In this document: positions 1 to 10,211 of the stretch, one piece after another
Layout of the letters: the number at the start of each line of letters is the position of its first letter
How positions within the stretch are numbered: position 1 is the first letter of the stretch
DNA from: Macrostomum lignano
Taxonomy: Eukaryota
Reading direction: 5' to 3'
NCBI GenBank assembly: GCA_002269645.1
Contig: NIVC01002240.1
Location: 78,039 to 142,038 of the forward strand
DNA: 64,000 nt
The notes under the pieces: model-generated
Databases searched by the model: none
What the model was told of the DNA's origin: nothing
What the model saw: only the letters and a program-made list of their open reading frames with translations
Program-made: the position numbers and the translations under genes

Positions 1-900
1 CCTAAAGCATTGAAATTTCAGTAATTCTCTCTAAGAGTCTATAGCACTACTACAGCATTATAGCGATTCCCTGCAAGCCTCGACATCGTAGGGATTCCCA
101 AATGAATCTCTTAACTTTGACATGAAGCTTCTTTTTTTTTACATTACGCTTTTTCTATCAGCGATCCCTCCCGTGAGGAGCCAACAAATAATGTAATAAC
201 TTTTTTCCAATAAACTACATGTAGCTTCTGACATTAGCCTTGACATCTCATTTATTCCCCGTGAGCCTTGACATCTCAGCTATAGATAGATAGATAGATT
301 CCCCTCGTAAGCCTTGACATGTCAGCGATGCCCCCATAAACCTTGAAATCTAAAAAATCCCCTGTTAACCTTGAAACGCGCTAAAATCTAACCCTCAACC
401 CAAACCTGACGTAAACCTAACTTTCACCCAACCTAAAGCCTTGAAATCACAGCAATTCTTCTTCCCTAAGCCTTGGCATTTAAGTGATTCCTTCTTTAAG
501 AATCACAGCACTATAACGATTCCCTCCAAGCTTTGACATCGTAGCAATTCCCAAATGAATCTTTTAACTTTGACATGACTTTTATTTTATGTATACATAG
601 TGCTCCTTTTATTTTTACATGACTCTTCTTCTATCAGCGCCCCCCCCACCGTGGCAAGCCAACAAAGAATGCAATAAAAAACTTAAGTAAAGTACATGTA
701 CTTTGAAGTAGCTTCTGACTTTTGCTTTAACATCTCAGAAACCCCCCTGTAATCTCAGTTATTCTCTGTGAGCCTTGACGTCTCAGTAATTCTCCCCAGC
801 ACAGCACTGTACTATAGCTTCATTTAATTTTTATATGACATTTCTTTCATGTCTGACATGACGCTTCTTTTGATTTTTACGTTACGCTTCTTTTATTCTT
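1..900. repeat. Diverged ~430-bp duplicated unit built from degenerate ccttgacatctcagc-like subrepeats
   Basis: 1-~240 aligns by eye with ~430-720 (shared blocks cccaaatgaatc..aactttgacatga and ctatcagcg..gccaacaaa..aatg). A related fragment lies at ~7925-8035. Confidence 0.55.
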
Positions 901-959
901 CCATGATGCTTCTTAATTTTTTAAATGACACACTTTCATTAGTTTTTATATGAGGCTTC

Positions 960-1865
960 TATAATTTTTTCATGACGCTTCTATGCTTGTTTACATGACG
1001 CTTGTATGATTTTTACATGACGCTTCTATGATTGTTTACATGACGCTTGTATGATTGTTTACATGACGCTTCTATGATTTTTTACATGACGCTTTTATGA
1101 TTTTTACATGACGCTTCTATGATTTTTTACATGACGCTTCTATGATTTTTACATGACGCTTCTATGATTTTTACATGACGCTTCTATGATTTTTACATGA
1201 CGCTTCTATGATTTTTACATGACGCTTCTATGATTTTTACATGACGCTTCTATGATTGTTTACATGACGCTTCTATGATTGTATACATGACGCTTCTATG
1301 ATTGTTTACATGACGCTTTTATGATTGTTTACATGACGCTTCTATGATTTTTACATGACGCTTCTATGATTTTTACATGACGCTTCTATGATTGTTTACA
1401 TGACGCTTCTATGATTGTTTACATGACGCTTCTATGATTTTAACATGACGCTTCTATGATTTTTTTACATGACGCTTCTATGATTGTTTACATGACGCTT
1501 GTATGATTGTTTACATGACGCTTGTATGATTTTAACATGACGCTTCTATGATTGTTTACATTACGCTTCTATGATTGCTTGCATGACGCTTCTATGATTT
1601 TTTATGACGCTTTTATGATTTTAACATGACGCTTCTATGATTTTTTTACATGACGCTTCTATGATTGTTTACATGACGCTTGTATGATTGTTTACATGAC
1701 GCTTTTATGATTTTAACATGACGCTTCTATGATTGTTTACATTACGCTTCTATGATTTTTACATGACGCTTCTATGATTTTTACATGACGCTTCTATGAT
1801 TGTTTACATGACGCTTCTATGATTGTTTACATGACGCTTGTATGATTGTTTACATGACGCTTCCA
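960..1865. repeat. Minisatellite, 22-24-bp unit (tttacatgacgcttctatgattg)
   Basis: About 40 tandem copies read directly; degenerate at the left edge. Confidence 0.95.
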
Positions 1866-1923
1866 TAATTTTTTTTGTCTTGGCGTTAAAAGGCTTTAAT
1901 TAAAAAAACTCTACTCTCTAAAA

Positions 1924-1982
1924 ATTCGAACCATCGTCCCTGCATTTAGCAGTTTAGTCTGTTTACCTCTAGGCTAGCTCTC
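1924..1982 (-). mobile_element. Degenerate tRNA-derived (SINE-like) head, copy 1
   Basis: Reverse complement has A-box-like TAGCCTAG and B-box GGTTCGAAT; homologous to 3916-3974. Confidence 0.45.
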
Positions 1983-2019
1983 ATGAATTTTAGTCATTAC
2001 CCCTAAATAGAAAATATTC

Positions 2020-2240
2020 CCAAGACAGCAAGCATCCCCCCAGTAGCAAGCATCCCCTAATACTCCTAGCAAGCATCCACCCAGATAGCAAGCATCTGCA
2101 GATAGCAAGCATCTTGCAGATAGCAAGCATCTTGCAGATAGCAAGCATACCCCAAATAATGTAGAAGCATCCTTCCAGATAGCAAGCATCCTGCACATAG
2201 CAAGAATCCCTAAATAGCAAGCATCCCTGGATAGAAATAA
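2020..2240. repeat. Degenerate ~18-bp minisatellite (agatagcaagcatc core)
   Basis: About 11 copies of tagcaagcatc with variable spacers. Confidence 0.8.
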
Positions 2241-2261
2241 TCCTATACATGTAGCCAAGCT

Positions 2262-3845
2262 TATCAAGCGCAGTAATCCTTGGCTATCGAGTGCAGTAAT
2301 CCTTGGTTTATTAATAGCAATAATCCTTGGCTTATCGAGTGCAGTAATCCTTGGTTTATTAATAGCAATAATCCTGGCTTATGAGTGCAGTAATCCTTGG
2401 TTTATTAATAGCAATAATCCTTGGCTTATCGAGTGCAGTAATCCTTGGTTTATTAATAGCAATAATCCTTGGCTTATCGAGTGCAGTAATCCTTGGTTTA
2501 TTAATAGCAATAATCCATGCTTATCGAGTGCAGTAATCCTTGGTTTATTAATAGCAATAATCCTTGGCTTATCGAGTGCAGTAATCCTTGGTTTATTAAT
2601 AGCAATAGTCCATTGGCTTATCGAGTGCAGTAATCCTTGGTTTGCCAAGAGCAATAGTCCTTGGTTATCGAGTGCAGTAATCCTTGGTTTTAATAGCAAT
2701 AGTCCTTGGTTTATTGAGTGCAGTAATCCTTGGTTTATTAATAGCAATAGTCCTTGGTTTATTGAGTGCAGTAATCCTTGGTTTATTAATAGCAATAATC
2801 CTTGGCTTTATCGAGTAGCAGTAATCCTTGGTTTGCGAAGTGCATAATCCTTGGTTTATTAATAGCAATAATCCTTGGCTTATCGAGTGCAGTAATCCTT
2901 GGTTTATTAATAGCAATAATCCTTGGCTTATCGAGTGCATAATCCTTGGTTTATTAATAGCAATAATCCTTGGCTTATCGAGTGCAGTAATCCTTGGTTT
3001 ATTAATAGCAATAGTCCTTGGCTTATCGAGTGCAGTAATCCTTGGTTTATTAGAGCAATAGTCCTTGGTTTTGAGTGCAGTAATCCTTGGTTTATTAATA
3101 GCAATAGTCATTGAGTGCAGTAATCTTGGTTTATTAATAGCAATAATCCTTGGCTTATCGAGTGCAGTAATCCTTGGTTTATTAATAGCAATAATCCTTG
3201 GTTTATCGAGTGCAGTAATCCTTGTTTATTAATAGCAATAATCCTTGGCTTATCGAGTGCAGTAATCCTTGGTTTATTAATAGCAATAATCCATGGCTTA
3301 TCGAGTGCAGTAATCCTTGGTTTGCCAAGAGCAATAGTCCTTGGCTTATCGAGTGCAGTAATCCTTGGTTTGCCAAGAGCAATAGTCCTTGGTTTATTGA
3401 GTGCAGTAATCCTTGGTTTATTAATAGCAATAGTCCTTGGCTTATCGAGTGCAGTAATCCTTGGTTTATTAATAGCAATAATCCTTGGTTTATCGAGTGC
3501 AGTAATCCTTGGTTTATTAATAGCAATAATCCTTGGCTTATCGAGTGCAGTAATCCTTGGTTTATTAATAGCAATAATCCATGGCTTATGAGTGCAGTAA
3601 TCCTTGGTTTATTAATAGCAATAATCCTTGGCTTATCGATTGCAGTAATTCATGGTTTATTAATAGCAATAATCCTTGGCTTATCGAGTGCAGTAATCCT
3701 TGGTTTATTAATAGCAATAATCCATGGCTTATCGAGTGCAGTAATCCTTGGTTTGCCAAGAGCAATATTCCTTGGCTTATCGAGTGCAGTATTCCTTGGT
3801 TTGCCAAGAGCAATAATCCTTAGCTTATCGAGTGCAGTAATCTAA
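2262..3845. repeat. Minisatellite, 48-bp unit made of two 24-bp halves (atcgagtgcagtaatccttggttt + attaatagcaataatccttggctt)
   Basis: About 33 tandem copies; explains all ORFs at 2379-3845. Confidence 0.97.
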
Positions 3846-3915
3846 GTGTTTTTATTTAGTCCTTTAATAAAAGCTTTTAATAAAAAATTTTACACTACTA
3901 CTTTTAAACTACTTA

Positions 3916-3974
3916 GATTCGAACCCAGGTCGCTGCATTAGCAGTCTGGTCTGCTCAGCTCTAGGCTAGCTCTC
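3916..3974 (-). mobile_element. tRNA-derived (SINE-like) head, copy 2
   Basis: RC: GAGAGCTAGCCTAGAGCTGAGCAGACCAGACTGCTAATGCAGCGACCTGGGTTCGAATC. A and B boxes are at tRNA spacing; GACTGCTAAT resembles the tRNA-Ser(GCT) anticodon loop but the stems do not pair. Confidence 0.55.
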
Positions 3975-4394
3975 ATCGAAGTTATCAGTGAATTTGTACC
4001 ACTTATATAATTAATTCAACACTCACACCAAGTCAGGTAGAGTAAAAAGTCACGCGAAGCAGTTATGACATAATCAATTTCTTAGGCAAGTCAGTACCAG
4101 TGTCTATGAAAGTTTACAATATGGTTACGTAATATAAATTCAGTACTGCACTATACTTTCACCCTCAAAGCTGTGACGCAATTCAATTGAGTGTCAAATT
4201 CAGCCAGTACACAGACGATAAATAAAGTGTATTGTGATGCAATCTATTTCAGAATCAGAATTCAACCAGTCAGATTTTTCTCTAGCATTCTTACAATGCA
4301 TTTCAGGTCGAAAGAGCTGCTTGACCTTTGCAAAAAATCATGTTTTTCGAATATTTAATCCCTTTAACATTGAGCAATTTCTTAGCCAATATGC

Positions 4395-4516
4395 ATGTAC
4401 CGTCCCGGGAAAATTTCTGATCGAATGGTGCAAGTTTGAAGAAAATCGGTTGAGCCGTTCGGGAGAAAATCAATTACAAGCAAGCAACCAAGCATTTCAT
4501 TTTTAGTATATTAGAT
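4395..4516 (+). mobile_element. Possible 3' end of a non-autonomous Helentron/HINE-like element
   Basis: aaaatcggttgagccgttcgggaga + (caag)n + ttttagtatattagat resembles the hairpin/microsatellite/..TAGAT end of DINE-1/Lep1-type elements (family knowledge only). Confidence 0.35.
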
Positions 4517-5084
4517 CTTTAAAATAAAAAACGACTATGTGATGCTATCTAAACACTATCACGTATTAACATACATTGTATGTACCCTGGATGTTCGTTA
4601 ATAAAAAGTAAGATTTCATATAGCTAAAATTAACACCTGCATACAAACTCTACGCCTACGGAAGCGGAAGTTCCATCTGTAAATTCGATTATGATCTATA
4701 GAAAACGATTTAGTATAGGTGGATTTATGAGAGTCACGAGAGTCTGGAGATATTACACAAAGATAACATCATCATGTAACACATTAAGTAAATTATCTTC
4801 CCAGGTTGCCTAAGATGTCTGATGATAAGCGCAATATCAGAATATAGCTAGTAGTATGGCCGCTGATGGTGGACGTGCACGCCATGACTGGCGTATCAGT
4901 CATTTAAAATAGATCGATATATTGGGCAGATAAATTTAACTTTTAACAAATACCATCATCAGCATGATACTTATTAAACATAGTTCCGACCTTTAAAGTT
5001 GCTTTCGAGAACTTCTACTGCATTCATAATTTAATTAACATCGTACTTGTTCTTTCCGAGGCACACCTCATATGAAAGTTACCA

Positions 5085-5450
5085 GATGTTACCAATTTAT
5101 TAGAAAAGTTCCCAAAAGTTTCCATCCGTAATGAGTCATGCAGGGCGCCCGCCACTCATGAGGCCACTGATAAGTTACCATAAGTTGCCGAAAATTCCCA
5201 AAAACTCACCGAAAAGTGCTAAAAGTTACCAAAAGTTTCCAAAATGTTGCCATTTTTTTACCTCTCCAAAAAGTTACCAAAAGTTACCATTCGCCGCGCT
5301 CAATGTTCCTAAAAGTTGCCAAACAGATAGCCAATCAGCGCACGCCACGGCGGCGCCCACCTCTTAAACTTGAAAAGTAACCACAAGTTACCAAAATTTA
5401 CCACTATTTAGCCATAAATTGCCATAAGCTACCAAATGTTCCCACAAATT
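5085..5450. repeat. Degenerate decamer repeat (aaagttacca)
   Basis: Many interspersed copies of aagttacc/aagttgcc/aagttccc. Confidence 0.65.
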
Positions 5451-5520
5451 GTTCCCATAATTTTTCAACGGGCTAAATTCCTGCCTTCAAATAATAATTA
5501 TTGTTTTCTATAATATACCT

Positions 5521-5742
5521 CATCTGAAGGCTGCGTACGGCTGTTCAGTCCAAGGACTGGGGGGTCGCCACACACACCCTCAATCACCCCAGCTAATGCT
5601 GGCACCCATTTTACAGCTGGGTGAACTGAAGCAATGCAGAGTTAAGTGTCTTGCTCAAGGGCACAAATTGTTCGAGATCGAGAATCGAACCCACGACCTT
5701 TCAGTCGTGAGTCCGACGCTCTGACCACTAGGCTACAGCCCC
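5521..5742 (-). mobile_element. tRNA-derived CORE-type SINE (3' part incomplete)
   Basis: RC has A box TAGCCTAGTGG, B box GGTTCGATTC, then cccttgagcaagacacttaact..cagctgtaaaatggg resembling the MIR/CORE domain. Homologous copies at 33442, 41571 and 47831. Confidence 0.85.
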
Positions 5743-5770
5743 TACCACTTCCAAAAATTTCACAAATCAC

Positions 5771-5952
5771 CGGGGTCGCGCAGAAATCGATTGAGAAGAA
5801 AAACTGCGGTGCTTCCATTGTGAGGGACGAGCAACAGACATTGTTGAAGATTTTCCTCCCACGGGGACTGGAGGCGGGGAGCAGGCAGTCGGATCGGGCG
5901 TTTCGCCACCCCCCCCCCCAGTCCCCAGTCTCCGAGCACCAATTCGGTTTAG
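5771..5952 (-). CDS. Internal exon, N-terminal half of a CUB domain (apparent 1-nt frameshift in an 11-G run)
   Basis: Acceptor cccattag, donor G|gtgatt. With 12 G it reads AKPNWCSETGDWGGGVAKRPIRLPAPRLQSPWEENLQQCLLLVPHNGSTAVFLLNRFLRDP; phase 1 matches the end of the 7052-7245 exon. Confidence 0.5.
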
Positions 5953-6299
5953 CTAATGGGAATAATAAATTTTCTCCCATGCTGCAGGCCTTTGCCTCTA
6001 AGCACTTAGCACCTGATGCTCGCTTGGCTGTTGATTGCATTTTCTGGGCCGCTTCCCGCTGCCCACGTTTCAGCCGCCACTAGCAGAAATTGTTGCTAGG
6101 GCGAAGGGCGAGTATTTGCTATATGTCGGGATATGTACATGTGTATATAGGAGTAGAGTAGTTGTTAAGATGGAAATAGGAATGGAAAGGGAGAAAAAGG
6201 CGTGAGAGCGAGATAAAGCTGTGAGAGGTAGATAAAGGTGCGAGAGAGAGATGTAGGTATGAGATGGAGATGAAGGTGTGGGGGAGATTAATGTGAGAG

Positions 6300-7045
6300 T
6301 GAGATGAAAGTTAGAGGAAAATTAAGGAGTGGGATGCAGGCGAGAGTGAGGTGAAGGTGGTAGGGAGATGCAGGTGAGAGTGAGGTGAAGGTGGGAGGGA
6401 GATGCAGGTGAGAGTGAGATGAAGGTGGGAGGGAGATGCAGGTGAGAGTGAGGTGAAGGTGTGAGGGAGATGCAGGTGAGAGTGAGGTGAAGGTAGGAGG
6501 GAGATGCAGGTGAGAGTGAGGTGAAGGTGGTAGGGAGATGCAGGCGAGAGTGAGGTGAAGGTAGGAGGGAGATGCAGGTGAGAGTGAGGTGAAGGTGGGA
6601 GGGAGATGCAGGTGAGAGTGAGGTGAAGGTAGGAGGGAGATGCAGGTGAGAGTGAGGTGAAGGTAGGAGGGAGATGCAGGTGAGAGTGAGGTGAAGGTAG
6701 GAGGGAGATGCAGGTGAGAGTGAGGTGAAGGTGGTAGGGAGATGCAGGCGAGAGTGAGGTGAAGGTAGGAGGGAGATGCAGGTGAGAGTGAGGTGAAGGT
6801 GGGAGGGAGATGCAGGTGAGAGTGAGGTGAAGGTGGGAGGGAGATGCAGGTGAGAGTGAAGTGAAGGTGGGATGGAGATGCAGGTGAGAGTGAGGTGAAG
6901 GTGTGAGGGAGATGCAGGCGAGAGTGAGGTGAAGGTAGGAGGGAGATGCAGGTGAGAGTGAGGTGAAGGTGGGAGGGAGATGCAGGCGAGAGTGAGGTGA
7001 AGGTAGGAGGGAGATGCAGGTGAGAGTGAGGTGAAGGTGTGAGGT
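6300..7045. repeat. Purine-rich minisatellite, 34-bp unit (gagatgcaggtgagagtgaggtgaaggtaggagg), filling the CUB-gene intron
   Basis: About 21 copies, starting within ~10 nt of the donor at 7051. Confidence 0.95.
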
Positions 7046-7051
7046 AGCTAC

Positions 7052-7245
7052 CTTTCTCTTGGAACTCATATCGAATCCGGAAGCCATTCGAGGTCCTGTC
7101 CCGCAGCGCGCTGTAGTTGCCGTACTCAGCGTAGAGCACCAGGGTGACGTTGGACAGGCCGCGGATTTCGCTGCCGGATTTATCGCCGCACAGCCTGCGC
7201 AGGTAGCTGCCCTCCACGTAGATGTCCACGAATTCCAGCTTGCAG
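7052..7245 (-). CDS. Internal exon, C-terminal half of a CUB domain
   Basis: Acceptor caccgcag, donor G|gtagct. CKLEFVDIYVEGSYLRRLCGDKSGSEIRGLSNVTLVLYAEYGNYSALRDRTSNGFRIRYEFQEK matches the CUB pattern C..D/EF..I..LCG..SN....GF...Y. Confidence 0.8.
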
Positions 7246-7322
7246 CTGCGGTGGGCGGTTTAGCAACAGCGATGGGCTTTGATATTTTCAAATATGATAT
7301 TTTGATATTTTGCATCGCTCAG

Positions 7323-10211
7323 GCCAGTGCTGGATGGCCGGCGTGGAGGCCTTCCTGAGCCAGTGGCTTCCCGATTCGAGCTGTCGGACTTTTGTGGACA
7401 CAGCTGCTGTTCGGAAGTTCCAGCTCGGTGAGTCGATTATCCTTTAGTATGATCCAAAATCGGGCTATTGAAAGAGTTTAATAAGGCAAAGCGTGAAAAA
7501 CGAGTGATTTACATTTACATTATTTACATAAGTGGTTTTCTCGTAAATATCTACTCGGAAAGCACGACTATAGAAGAAAACTAAGTTATTGGTTTGTTTT
7601 TTGACTACTCAGATTTTTGCCGGCCTCAAGGACTACTCAAGTAGAAGGACAGGAAACTATGTTTCTTGGTAATTTTAAGGAGGCAGGCTTTTACAGAAAA
7701 TATACATCACGGAGATGGAGGTTTTTATTTGTTACTGCTTGCCTTTTGATACTCGTAGGTGGCAGACCCAAGTGTCCATCTTTTGAAATTTTAGCCTTTC
7801 TTATAGCTCTATTGATACTCATAAAGCTTTAAAGAAAATTAGGATTCTGGTATAGCATGGAAATCCAACAAAAAACGGAATGAAAACTTTTGAATAGACT
7901 AAATTTATCTTATGAACTCTAATCTAAGCCTTGACATCTCATCGATTCTCCCAAGAGTCACAGCATTAAAGCAATTCCTCCCAGGCTTCACATCTTTGCA
8001 GTTCCCTAATTATTATTTTTTTGACATGACATCCACTATACGCTCATAGCATTGTTAGCTTATTGACTGCAAAAAAGTGTGTAACAGAATGATAAAATAG
8101 ATTCATAAAGCTAATGAGTCGAGCCGTGCCATTGTTATGATTTTTAGGCACAGTACATATTCGACTGGACGTAGGATTTAAAATAATATATAGAATTCTA
8201 ATCTTCTGAACGAAAAGCTTTACGGATATCAATAGAACTATAAGAAAGGCAAAAAATATCAAAAGATGAACAATTAATTGGGTTTGTGCTGAAAAAATGA
8301 AAACCTATATTCTCCGTCATGTATTTTTCTGTAAAACCTGACTCCTAAAAATTCCAAGAAACGTACGTAGTTTCCCGTCCTTTGAGTAGTCCTTGGTCGG
8401 CAAATTGAATAAATTTTGCAGCTAACCTACTTACCTTCTAATGTTTTGAGTACGAGAAGTTGCACCGCTGCACATTCGAAACCCGCAGAGCGAACCGGCG
8501 ACCTGAGTGCTGGCGTGCGGCAATCCATGAAGCTGCTGTACAACTTCCGCATGGGGATGTTTAACCTGGCCCAGATTCCTGACGGCGGCAATCCGCACGC
8601 CCCGTTGGCTCGCGGAGTCCTTCACAACAAGTCCATGGGCATCTACTTGACTGGCCAGGCCGACTCTCTGCTGGATGTGGTTACGGCGCCCGACACCGAT
8701 CGGCTGTTCATCCCTGCCTCCAATGTCACAGTTTACATCCGCGGTCGGTTCCTGCCGAACTTTTAGTAAGTGAAAACTCAATAGAAATTGATTCCCGAAG
8801 CTTTGCAATCGCTCAGGGCTAGAGTAGCTCAGCGGTTAACGCGTCTCTGACTCTCGCGCAGCCAAAGACCCCATGTCCGGTTTCGCGCACGGCTGCGTTC
8901 CCCAAGGTACGCTCTGCGGGTGCCGATGAGAGACAGCGGATCGCTGTACATCCTGTGTGAGCGTGTGCCTGAGTACATACGAGGTGGAGTTCAATACGTT
9001 TCCGGATGCACAAATTGGGAAGGTGATGTACATAACTTTGGCATAGCAGGTATTATGTACATTATCTTGTGATTATATCTGTGTAATTTCAAACACTTTG
9101 CTCTGCGCAGCGTAGCAAAGCAGATGGTGGCCATTTTTGTGACAAAAGCTTACAGCAGCGCACAGTCACTGGAAACTGGTAATACCAACTACTGCCGGCC
9201 AGAAGTGCTGAGTGCTCTCTCCAGCCGCCGCCGAAGGACTCGAGCTCGGGGTGTGCTTCTTCATCACGACAACGCCTCCAATCAGAAGTCCAGGCAAGTG
9301 GTCGAATTCCTGGCTGGAGAACACATTCAAGAGCTCGGCCATCCACCCTACAGCCCCAGACCTGGCCCCGTGTGACGTCTTTGTGTTTCCGCAAATCAAG
9401 CAGAAGATGCGTGGCATTCGCTATTCATTGTCGGAAGCTGCAGTCGAGGCCTTCATCAAGCATGTCAAGGAGGGGCCAAGTTCAGAGTGCTTCAATAAGC
9501 ACTTCTGAGGATGCGACGGTGCATAGACTCTCTGGAGAATACTTTGAAAAAATCTGAGAGTCAGTTGTCTCTAACTATTTAAGTCTTTGCACAACCGAAA
9601 ACTTATTGAACTCCCCTCGCATCTGTGTGTCTGAGCGTGTGCTTGCTTGCAAGGTCCAAATCGACTGTCTCCTTAATTTGCAGCAGTGCCCATGGAAAGA
9701 ACTAAAATAACTAAACGGACTAACAAAGTAACCAAATTTCATACAAAACACACCCAAATCACCTTTTAGCTACAATCCACCGATGATGCACTTCTTTTAC
9801 TTCACTATGTGCAACGACACCAGCACGTTGGGTGAGCGGTTCACAATCAACCCAAAGGGCAAACTATTCAGGCTGCAACTTTCTATGCACGTGCTGAAAT
9901 ACAACAAGTACGTGAAAAGCGCAAACGCCTTTCTCAACACAAGCGACTTTGCATCGTTTGGCTATCGTACGAATAGCAACGATTCAACTACTCTGTTCTA
10001 CGATGGACAACAATGGAACTGCCCGGTGGGAACTGCTCAACTAAATGCCAAACGCCTGAACTCACCGGAACACTACAGCTGCTTGCGATTCGGTGGTTTT
10101 AGAGTTCCTGAGCTGAGCCTGATGGGCTGGCTGCAGTGCTTTGGCCTGGCGAGAGGCAAACTGACTGCCGCCGATATTGAGGAAATTGAGACATGGTGCA
10201 AAAACCACTGA
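7323..10211 (+). CDS. Three-exon gene of unknown function (~270 aa) with LamG/pentraxin-like C-terminus; exons 7323-7427, 8489-8765, 9770-10211
   Basis: Canonical AG/GT sites (gtgagt, gtaagt); phases 1 and 2 join in frame (..KFQLE|RTGD.., ..PNFY|YNPP..). Ends CLRFGGFRVPELSLMGWLQCFGLARGKLTAADIEEIETWC, like the concanavalin-A-like/LamG motif. Possible ATG at 7334. Domain call is tentative. Confidence 0.75.
7619..8401. mobile_element. Non-coding foldback/MITE-like element with ~230-bp imperfect terminal inverted repeats
   Basis: 7619-~7855 is the reverse complement of ~8185-8401 (e.g. aaggactactcaa..ggaaacta..gtttcttgg..caggcttttacagaaaa; cctttcttatagctctattgatac vs gatatcaatagaactataagaaagg). 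No TSD found. Confidence 0.75.
8815..8975 (+). mobile_element. Possible second tRNA-derived SINE family, interrupted by the mariner
   Basis: A-box-like TAGCTCAGCGG at ~8826; B box poor; similar gagcgtgtgc sequence on both sides of the mariner. Confidence 0.25.
8980..9619 (+). mobile_element. Internally deleted mariner (D,D34D) element, ~640 bp
   Basis: Imperfect TIRs (ta)cgaggtggagttcaatacgtttccgg / ccgaaaacttattgaactcccctcg(ca). Transposase remnant VLLHHDNAS..GHPPYSP + DLAPCDVFVF (mariner YSPDLAPxD), frameshifted. Confidence 0.9.

Noticed and set aside
385-435. Telomere-like ctaaccct/ccctaa motifs (also ~39515-39545)
   Set aside because: Too short and degenerate to call an interstitial telomeric repeat.
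2379-3845. Many overlapping ORFs, and likewise those at 15578-17070, 19204-21333, 34007-35465, 37245-38061, 54175-55139, 56021-56502
   Set aside because: All fall in minisatellites and show peptide periodicity equal to the DNA unit.
3916-3974. Genuine tRNA genes here and at 5680-5742, 41571-41636, 48070-48134
   Set aside because: Only A/B boxes are conserved; acceptor and anticodon stems do not pair, and three of them continue into a SINE body.
6300-7045. CAG|GTGAG in every unit as recursive splice sites
   Set aside because: The motif is on the strand opposite the host CUB gene and lacks a pyrimidine tract.
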